A stretch of DNA of 64,000 nt, taken from positions 31,558,001-31,622,000 of the forward strand of contig OX597817.1 of assembly GCA_951406725.2 (NCBI GenBank). The letters run 5' to 3'. The stretch's first letter is position 1. Each line of letters begins with the position of its first letter. Positions 53,755-64,000 of this stretch are shown piece after piece. This stretch comes from Octopus vulgaris (Eukaryota). A program made the position numbers and the translations under genes. The notes beneath the pieces were generated by a model, which was given only the letters and a program-made list of their open reading frames with translations, searched no databases and was not told where the DNA came from.

Positions 53755-54045
53755 AAAGGCAAAGTCGACGTCGTCGGAATTTGAACTCAGAACGTAGCGG
53801 CAGACGAAATACCTATTTCTCTACTACCCACAAGGGGCTAAACACAGAGTGGACAAAAAAGGACAGACAAACGGATTAAGTCGATTATATCGACTCCAAT
53901 GCGTAACTAATACTTATTTAATCGACCCCGAAAGGATGAAAGGCAAAGTCGACCTCGGCGGAATTTGAACTCAGAACGTAAAAATGGACGAAATACCGCT
54001 AAATATTTTGGCCGGCGTATTAACGATTGTGCCAGCTTGCCGCTT
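53755..54045 (-). mobile_element. SINE family B, full unit plus partial second body
   Basis: Same junction as at 52980. Confidence 0.9.
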
Positions 54046-55185
54046 TAATCACTCTATTGAATGTTATTCATACAAATGATTGTCAAATATACAATTCCTT
54101 TGATCTTAAGTAGGGTAAATTGTTACCTGCACAATACAATCAAAATTGCTTCAAATATTAGCGATTTTTTAAAGATCATTTTTAGATATATATAAGAAAA
54201 TATTGTTGAAACTTTGACAGAATTTTTTTTTCTGTTTTTTTTGTAGATTGAAAAGTAGATCGATCTCACTAATTAGACTCACTAATTTCTAACCTTAGAC
54301 TTTCAGCAGAGAACGGATGACCATCTTCTACCCGCGAAGAGATTAGTATCATAGCACACTCAGACTGAGGCACAGTTAAACTGGTCAGTCCAATTTGCAT
54401 AACTAGGTGTGCTTCATATTCTAAATTATCCCTAATCACCATATTGCATTATTAATTGTGTATAAAGGGCTACGCTATCCAATGATGCAACATTTTTATG
54501 GAGGTACTTTGTGACTTGAGAGAGATGTCACTATTATTTCTAGCATATCAAACACTCGTAAGGAGGTTCTCAGTGAGGTTCGTTTCGGTAAAGATTGTAT
54601 TTAATGCCACTTCATTTAATAAAATCCACTCATTGGTTACAACACACGCACGAAGAATTATGCTACAAACCGATTGGGTCATTGAAATATCACTACGTAT
54701 TTCCTTCATAGATGAGTAGGAGAGGATACATCTGGAGGATTTACTCCAGATGTATCCTTGTCGGGTAAACGAAACTATCGGTAATTAATGGTTTTGCAAT
54801 GCCAGAAATGGACCGTTTAAAGACATCATTTCATCAATTTCGTCAACAATAACGTTCAGAAGAGTAAATATGATCTGGGAATAATTTCTTATTGCTGTAG
54901 TTATAGAATTGCAATTGCAAAAATAAAGCGGTTCACCAGCAAGAACTTATTTGCGATGTCGTAACGAAGCTAAGGAGCTAAAGGACATAACAGTAAGTTA
55001 TATTTTAGTGAGGTATGGCTGTGTGTTTGAGAAGTTTTTTAGTAACTAGATGTAATTTCTTCAATGATCAAAACCATGATCTCTTTTTCAATATCCTATG
55101 TTCCAACAATACCTTATAAGTAAAATTTTGATAGATAGAGCAATGGAAGCCCATCTTGGGAAAAAGTGTGTGTGTGTGGGTGTGT

Positions 55186-55245
<60 letters not shown>

Positions 55246-57069
55246 GTGTGTGTGTGTGTTTCTGTACATAGTAGAAACACATCTGAATAAAAAATTTGCT
55301 TGGTATTTTATTAAGACTGAGTTGCACAGACACTTCTTTGACATTTCCTCCATTGGAAATTCAATGAAGCATAGATTGGTGCACAAAAAAAAAAACTATA
55401 AACAGCTGAATTAATGTTCACACACATACGCACGCGCACACACACATTGAAACACACGCATATATAAGTCTTGGTTTTGTTTACACATCCAATGGTAAGA
55501 TATGAGCTTTTGGTTTCTTATCCACTCGGCTATCCATACTATAGTCACAATAATAAAATCTGTTGTTCGAGCTAACACATATTTACATAATGATCGTCAT
55601 AGAGTGGGAAACTAATCTCTCAGTTAACTAAGACTTCGAATTTGTTTGGATCCTATGCTGAAGTCGTTTCTCTTTACTTATGCTACTTAAACCCCCAGTA
55701 AAATGCTTTGAAATACAGAGTGTTTGCATCCAGTCAAAAGAATTTAATCTGTTCAAATAGTCGCATCAGAACACTGACCTTGCTATGTATGTATTGATAG
55801 TCTTATATTGCATTTCTAATATTAGTAGCCTGAAAGGTATTTTATGTAAATAAACGTTTACAAACTGACTGATTATCATATTTCAATTAGCGAACAGGCT
55901 TTGTTGTGCACTACATATTTCTTTCAAATCCTTTACTAGGAAACGTAATTCTGGAAATATTTCACGGACAATCGTAGATGAATATGCGTATGTTTCCCGC
56001 AAAAAAAAAAAAAAAACCATGTAGATTTTTAGTGAAAAAGGGTTAAGACTGTGGATGTTCATATTTTTTTTTTCATTGGCATTTGCAATGTACTTAGATT
56101 GAAATGGCTTCCACTGCGAATTATAAACGTGTCAAGTTTGCCGGAAGTTTATCTCGACTATAATTACACTGCAATATATAAGGATTCAACAAGAAATGGC
56201 GAGCACTGGAGAGGTAATTTTTCAGTGAGCTGAAACTATGATGTGATGCGAATTCTTAGCGTTAGAGATTTCACTGACGTCGTTTATATCACTGAAATGC
56301 ACAAATGCTACACAATCCTGTATGAAACAAATTCGAGCCAGGCACATAATTAGGATGAAAGCGGATAGGTTTTCGTTGAAGCATACATAGCACTAACGTA
56401 CCACTCAATCACAATTTAAGCTGTAGCTTCTCTTCATTCCTATTTCACTTTCCTCTTTTATCTCCCCTTTTCCACCCTACTAAACTTTTGCCTTATTTAG
56501 TTCTTCATATCATTTAAATAAATTTAAATTCAAACTTGTACTACACGAGCTACTCAGAATATAGCTCGAAACAATGCGGTAGCATTAGTTACAAAAAAAA
56601 AAAAGAAACAATTACTACTCGAGCCTACATACAGGTACCGTTGTTAAAATAAATATAAGTTTAAGACTCTAGATTCGGATTCTCTATCTTAACTCATACG
56701 ATACTGCTAGCTCTTCCCACCAATTATCACACCAATCCTCTTTCACAAGAAACTTATATCTCACGCTGTCTCTCGTACCATACTCACTTCACTCTCCTCA
56801 TTCACTACAATGACCTAAGCTTACCCCCTGTTTCCACCTTTAATTTGACCCATTCACTTCTGTTACACTTCAACTGTCTTATCACATTACATCGCTACTC
56901 AGCCAAAGCAGCTTTATCTGAAACTAGATATTGCCTTATTTTTCATGACGATGTGAATCACCAAGCACCAAGTTTACTACACTTTTAGCCTTCGCTCCTT
57001 CCTTCAATGTTTGGTATTTTTTTTTATAATGAAGCTAATTGTGATATTCTTAAAGTAATGAATATATAT

Positions 57070-57118
<49 letters not shown>

Positions 57119-57334
57119 GGAGAATTTCGCTTATCCCCACGTAGTGAGTTGTAATGCAATATATATATATAAAGGAAATACATAGTTTAATATATTTTAT
57201 AAGTGAAACAATATTGCATTTGTGGACCGGTTTCGTTTTTGCTAGTCATCACATTGAAATTATTGTAATTTCGTATTTTCTTAAACTTTTAGTCCATGTT
57301 GTGTGTGGAGAAGTTTGTGAATGAATGATTCAAC

Positions 57335-57707
57335 AAGTATAAAAATATAAGAGGAGGTGACCTGCACATTTCTCTATGTGTTCATCCAAAGAAATCCGTC
57401 TGTATTGCGGGAACCGGATCTGTTCCTTATGTAGTGTGGTTCTCCGCCTGTGTCATATTTGTCTGACCTATATAATCATGTCCACAACCCGAACAGGTTA
57501 TGACGTAAATTAGATTGTTGGAAGCACAAGTGAAGTTGGTTTTAATTGTGAACCTCTCTCTTTCATTGAATAGGAATTCCGAGTCTTCCAGTAGATTGGA
57601 GCATGTTCCACAGTTTGAGCGTCCACACATTTTAACCGTTGGTTACGTGGTTGTTGTGTAGAGCTTCGCATTTGCTAGAAGTCTTTTCGGCGATTTGTAT
57701 TGCTTTT

Positions 57708-57710
<3 letters not shown>
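57335..57710 (-). pseudogene. Penelope-like element GIY-YIG endonuclease fragment
   Basis: CGRSNCGTC...FTCASNNLIYVITCSGCGHDYIGQT then, frameshifted, RRRTTLHKEQI: Cys-rich linker plus IY...YIG motif typical of PLE endonucleases. Confidence 0.85.
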
Positions 57711-57777
<67 letters not shown>

Positions 57778-57912
57778 TTTAAAGGGATATATATAATGCT
57801 GGCGGTTGCCGTGCTTCCTTTTAAATCGATTTCAGATGCCGGCTAACACAATGATCCTTTAGTGATACCCGTTCTTCTTATCATTATCAATACTATATAT
57901 ATATATATATAT

Positions 57913-58394
57913 ATTTATAAATGAGGGTGAAAAATTGATATTAATTTAATAATACCATTAATTTAACACCGATTGGCTTAGCACAAAAAACTAGGGAGAA
58001 AATACAAATTTATACATAAATTATTAGAGAGTTACCACTATGTGGATAGCTCTAGTTCAACGGAAGGACAGTGAAACATAACGAATAAATAGATTGACCC
58101 TGAACAATTGTTTCATTACTAATGTAATATGTAATTTTACTTACATAAACATCTATAAATCATCAGCAGAGGTTTGTCTTAAATACAATTTATTAGACCA
58201 ACACGAGCGTCAAATACACGTGCGGTTTAACCAATTGCATTTTTAGTTATGCCTTAAAATTTCCCGCGAAAAGCATGCTAAGACTCGTTGGAAACGTATG
58301 CTGCATCAAATAAAATATTTACTGCCGCATAATTAAATTTATAAATTTATAAATGAGGGGGAAAAATTGATATTAATTTAATAATACCATTAAT
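57913..58394 (-). mobile_element. 432-bp terminally redundant unit in (TA)n (retrozyme-like or PLE pLTR-derived)
   Basis: 50-bp direct repeat at 57913-57962 and 58345-58394 (1 mismatch); no ORF; contains a hammerhead motif. Confidence 0.7.
58097..58173 (-). ncRNA. Type I hammerhead ribozyme motif
   Basis: Minus strand acctctg-CTGATGA-[hairpin including tatgtaa/ttacata]-GAAAC-AATT-GTT-cagggt: both core boxes intact, stem I pairs, stem III palindromic. Confidence 0.65.
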
Positions 58395-59273
58395 ATATAT
58401 ATATATAGACACTTTTCCCCACCCCCAGTTATCATGAAGATAGCATAACAGAAACGATATAGTTGTGTTTATATCTCGTTACGTTCTTTTATGTTCTAGG
58501 TTCAAATATCATTAGGGCCGTCTTCACTTTTCTACAGTTAAAATGCATCACTTTGTAGTTTAGTTTGGACGGTGGGGCTCCAAAAGCGGCAGAGAACCAT
58601 ACTTAATAAATTTACATTTAGTTATGTCGCTTTACATCCTGAATATAAATCCTACCGAAGTCAGTTTTCATTTCCTATCATTAGAGTCATCCACTATTAA
58701 TCCCTAATAAATGTGTAGTTTTATGTCAATGTAAGGAACAAAATTAAACGGAGGAGAAGGGATTAATAGTAAATATACTCTATTAATGTTATTTTTTATG
58801 TCTAATTTTTGGTTTATGCATCCGAATGCGCAAGATGTGATCCATTTCCGGTGAGCTTCTTTCTAAAATAACATATTTTCCTTTAAAATTTAGCAATACA
58901 AAATGGGAGATTCCGAAGGTGGGGGTCATTGGTAATATAAATGAGTTGAATATTCAGTTCAGAATCTATACTAGTCGTGTTCGAAATGCCAGAAAATAAT
59001 CCATCGCGGTAACAATATTGGTATTACATCAGAGAAATAAAAAAAGATAATGAATTTCAGTGTTAAGGATTTCCTCGTAAAAGGTGAGTGTGAGTGAGGG
59101 TTTTTACTTTAAACGAACAGTAATGCATCTCTGTTTCACTCTGCAGAGTAGTCAGAGATAAAATCCAAATTCAATGAGTAGCTGGACGAGATGGTTATAG
59201 ACACTGATGTAAAGTTTATTACTGAAGTAGTTTCGTTATTTGATTTTTCAAATCAGGACACTAACGTATCATA

Positions 59274-59700
59274 TGAGGCGTTTAGTAACAGACCGTCGAA
59301 AGCGCCACAACTTAAAAACCGAGAAAAACGCAGTCAAAGTTTCGCGACTTTCAGAATGTGATATCTTGGCAAAGAATAAAGTTAGGAAGCTGGTTTTGGT
59401 CATTAAAATAATGACCACGAAGACATTCTCTAATCATTCCACCTGTGTAAAATTATTTATTTATGTATGCATCTGAAAGAGGGACTGCGTCTTTCTCATT
59501 TTGCAGAATATACCGGTGCTACAAAACCTCAATAGCATCGAGGTACAATTTTTTCGGCCGGATTTTCGACCTTATTGCAAGTCTCACCTGTTTTTCGTCT
59601 CAATTTTTCAGTATTCTAGACGTCGAGACAAAGAAAATGATATACTAACCTAGAAAATGGCTAGTATGGCGCGTACGACACTCTGTTATTAAACGCCTCA
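59274..59700. mobile_element. Tc1/mariner-type MITE
   Basis: ~34-bp TIRs tgaggcgttta(g/a)taacaga..gtcg.a.gcgcca, flanked by TA on both sides. Confidence 0.8.
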
Positions 59701-61274
59701 TATAATTACAAAGTGCTTCACTACTTTGTACTTCTGCAAAAAATAATAGGTAATTCCTTCTTATTAAAAATCTCTTCTACCCACGATGGTGCTCCAGCAT
59801 GGCCGCAATCGCATGGCTGAAACGAGTAAAAAAAGAATAGGCACAATGTCTGAAATTTTGTGCGTAACTGGTACTTCTCACCTCCTTTTTAATAATACCC
59901 TAGTGTCTTATAAAGGGAAGGGCAATGTAGCTATAATCGTACCAAAAGCTTGAATGATTACGGCTGTGTTGGCCCTGATCATTTATCAATTCGATTAGCG
60001 CAAGGAGCCAAGAACTTCATTTATAAGAACTACTTATTTATAGTCAGATATACTGAATTTCAAAGTGCTGGTTAGAAACAGTCCAAAAGTAAACGTCCGG
60101 CTAATTTTAGATGTAATTTTCGGAGTATTTTTGAAAGAGAGAGACAGAAACAGAGAGAGTGAGCATGTAAGTAAAAGCTATGTAGCAGTAAATTGAAAAC
60201 ATCTGCTTTCTTGGTGAATGTATTTGTGTAAGGAACAGTAACTGAAGTGAATGAGCCTCTTGCACGAAATCGAAACCGTGATGACTATGTTCAGAATGAA
60301 TCTCCTCATAGAGTATGCTACTCACTTCAATAAAAATAACTTCTTACCCCAGGCATGAATTCTCAGACAAATAAGTTTGCGTATAGAGCGTAATATGTAA
60401 ACAACAACTATCTTGTTCATAGCCATATTAGATTTCCCCCAATTTTCGTATACTTCTCAAATAAAAGACTTCTTTGTATATGTGCACGCACGCTGCAGTT
60501 GTATAATGTGGACTATAAGTATAAATAATATACACTGTCCGTGTGTGTAACTATGTAACTGAACACAAACACACGCACTTGTTAGTATTATCAGATTGGT
60601 GTAAAATGCACTAAGGTGAAGGAAAGTACTCAATACTATTGTGGAATTGGCTCGGTCGGAATATTTACTCAACCTTTTTTGTTCCTGATCTCTGATCGCC
60701 TGAGAATTGGAAACGGGACACATTGAATAGATTCAGCTTGGAGCGAGTGCGTACGTACACACACACACACACACACTTTCTGAAAGAGACTGTGCGTATA
60801 CTAACATCATCACATACATAAGTTTCCGCGCACGTAATTTCAAATAAGATGTGTTTTGACATCTAAGCAATAATGATTTTAACCTCCGTCATATCACTAG
60901 TAACAGAACACTACGCCGTCTGTATCTAAACACTTGGAATGTGTCTTTGTTTGGACAAAGTATGGTCCTTGTTCTTGCTACCCACTATCGCTACCATCAC
61001 AGCAAACAACAGCAGCAGTCATGGCAGTGCTATGAAGGAGAAAATATACTCGAAATGTAGGCTAATTATCTGCTAATTAATAGAGGAACTATTAATTTTT
61101 CCAACTTAATAATATACAAACATTTGCTGAGATTGTTTTCCCCCACTTTAGGCGCTTTGTCAATATATTCGTTCACATGTACGAAACCGTACACTCAAAG
61201 AAATTGGCCACTGATAATATTTTGGTGGTAGGCACGAGGGGGAAATACGAGCAGGTTACATTCATAACAAGTTT

Positions 61275-61840
61275 CTTTGAGTTTCTATCAACCAAATCCA
61301 CTTACAAGGCTTTGGTCGACATGGGGTTATAGTAGAAGTCACTTGTCCAATGCACCACATAGTTGAACTAAACCCTGAAGTTTGAAAGCAAACGTCTAAT
61401 CACACGGCGACGCCTTTTGTATATTAATTAGCGTTGGATAACAGAATTGCTTCTAAACAAATTATTCCGAGATAACATCAGCATGAAAAACTGTAGCTAA
61501 CTTAGTGTTAATTTATTTAAGGTAGGGAGTGCGAAAAACTAATAGAAAAAAAAAGGAAACCTTCAGCCGAAAGTTGATATGTTTAAACGTGGTGCGGAAA
61601 GCTGACAGAAACGTTTTACGTTCTGAAGTCATATAATAGCAACGATATGTGCAAATATTTACGCATGTGTGTGTGTGTGTATGTATGTGTGCTGGGCTTC
61701 TTTCAGTTTCGTTCTTTCGAATTCATTCACAATTCTCTGGTCAACGTAGAGCTATAGTGGAAGACACTTGACAAAGTAGCTGCACAGCCAGATTGAACTC
61801 GAAACTACATAACACGGAAGCCAGTTTCTTAACCACGAAG
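61275..61840 (-). mobile_element. Two diverged SINE A 5' halves (~61275-61415 and ~61690-61840)
   Basis: aaatccacttacaaggctttggtcg and gctatagtggaagacacttg motifs. Confidence 0.6.
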
Positions 61841-62347
61841 TGATATTTGTGACCTGAATCATTGTACAAGTAGCATATTTATAATGGTTTCTTAATGAAG
61901 ACGTAAATTTATTGTTCTTCTTACTCATCCTTTATTCAACTGAGGCACTGAGCGTTTGAAAGAAATATATATCAAAAGCCTAATTGATCTTTTTTTGCCT
62001 CAGTTCAGAAGTCAACGAGAACTGATTGTGCTTAAGTTGATATTTGTTATGAAGGCGTGTAATAAGTGCTTGTTTTAATCTAACAGAAAACGGAAATTAA
62101 TATCTATCACCCTTATTCCTGCAAAAGTGTAGATATTTTTCAGAAGCTAATATGCTTTAAAACTTAGCAAAGTAAACAAATCGAAAACCTTATATTTTTA
62201 GGAATTTAATTCCCATTCTCTTCACGTTGAGACAACATATGGCATGGTTGGTTGTCTTACTATAAACAAATTATTTTAAGAGGATCGACGGATTGTTTTG
62301 TAATGGATCTTGGTTTTGTGGTACAAGAAATATATAATCACTGAAAA

Positions 62348-62463
62348 TCATGAAAGTTGTTTTATAAACATTCTCTTCAGAAAGATATCATTAACGGCAG
62401 ATCTTGCCAGGTCTCTTGCGATTTCAAAAGCTACAGGTTCGCTCTTCTCTACATGAGGCGAAT
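62348..62463 (-). CDS. Candidate terminal coding exon (xSPHVEKSEPVAFEIARDLARSAVNDIFLKRMFIKQLS*), gene unknown
   Basis: Acceptor tttctgtgttcgtttcAG, protein-like open frame to TGA, downstream AATAAA (plus tttatt at 61931); no homology recognised. Confidence 0.35.
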
Positions 62464-62482
62464 CTGAAACGAACACAGAAAC

Positions 62483-62855
<373 letters not shown>

Positions 62856-63468
62856 GCTCCATCACCTTTACCCATTCTAACAATTAATTTTTTTTTAAAA
62901 TAATGACTGGGGAAAAAAAAAAGATTTTAAACGAAATGGAAATTTAATTTCGCTTTCGGAAACTGGCATTTTCATTTGGGACTACCTCCGAATTTTTGGT
63001 TAACGTAACCGTGAGCAGTTGTTTTGTCTAATATTTTTCTGAAATAAATGAAACTGAATGTTTAAAATCCCAGCTGCGAGATGTTAAGTAAAATCTCGGC
63101 TTATTTAACTCCATATGAACTTCATTTTGTATCTCAAGATTAGCAGCAAATTCTCGAGTAACGTATTTTGATAATGAGACCTTATGTATAGCCACATTAT
63201 TCTAAAGTTCTGCTACGATACTCAACGCCATCTTTGCGTCTCTCAAATCCTCACTGAAATGTTAGTCAAGAGTCAGTTGGTCACTTGGACAAGTATAATC
63301 TCTGACCTATATCACAGTTGTGAGCAGAATTGAGTCATTGAAAAAGTTATGACTTCGTATACATAGAAAATAATACCCTGGCTTCCTGTTTACTCGGTTT
63401 TCAAGCAATCATTTGAGGAATCCTTACTAACTATTCGATAATTAAGATAGTTATACTTTACCTTCTTT

Positions 63469-63820
63469 GTGAAGGCGCATGGCTCAGTGGTTAGAGTGTC
63501 GAACTTACGATCGTGAGGTGAGTTCGATTCTCGGATCGGGCTGCGCGTTGTGTTCTTGAGCAAGACATCATTTCACGTTACTCCAGTTAACTCAGCAGTA
63601 GAAATGAGTTGCGACGTCACTGGTGCCAAGCTGTATCGGCCTTTGCCTTTTCCTTGGATAACATCGGTGGCGTGGAGAGGGTAGGGGGGTATGCATGGGC
63701 GACTGCTGGTCTTCCATAAGAAGTTGTGCGTTTGCCGGTGAGGTGACTTTCCACCCAGACTTGTACCCAGGAAGGGAAACTTTTAGGTGCACCCATGATA
63801 ATTAGTGACCGAACGGAGTC
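63469..63820 (+). mobile_element. SINE family C
   Basis: Homologous to the 33078 and 48256 copies. Confidence 0.88.
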
Positions 63821-64000
63821 GAGTTGAGAGTTTTACTTTACCTTTAGATTCCATTAACACGAATCTAAAGATATATGCACTTTTGTACACGAATCTAAAT
63901 GTACATGCACATGCACTTTTGACAGAAGAAATTAGTGATAATTTAGCAGTAACATTTTTTATTCTATGTATTTTCTTATTTACTCCAGAAGCCTTTACAA

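Noticed and set aside
54723-54758. Perfect 15-bp hairpin as a miRNA or terminator
   Set aside because: Too short for a pre-miRNA and it has no U-tract; probably a local fold-back within an old repeat.
58270-58305. Second, plus-strand hammerhead (gcatgctaagactcgttggaaacgtatgc)
   Set aside because: The first core box is not CUGANGA and the stem register is inconsistent.

Overview
Eukaryotic, AT-rich, repeat-dominated DNA. The SINE families and dense (TA)n/(CA)n/(TTA)n microsatellites match what I recall of Octopus genomes; this is recognition, not a database result. No complete host gene is visible, and nearly all ORFs in the track are microsatellite or SINE artefacts. Real coding remnants are transposon-derived: a CR1-group LINE RT (42197-43470, minus), a CR1 3' end, a Penelope GIY-YIG fragment, two mariner relics, a hAT Buster/Charlie transposase relic and a probable Tx1/L1 scrap. 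Non-autonomous elements include five SINE families, three hAT MITEs with nnnTAnnn TSDs, two GGATC-ended elements with 8-bp TSDs, a Tc1/mariner MITE, a Helitron and an element inserted in (TAA)n. The best finding is a 432-bp terminally redundant unit carrying a type I hammerhead ribozyme (retrozyme-like, 57913-58394) beside the Penelope relic. Also notable are a LINE-SINE shared 3' stem-loop with compensatory changes, several templated local duplications, a MITE end amplified into a 138-bp array, and a few candidate host exons.
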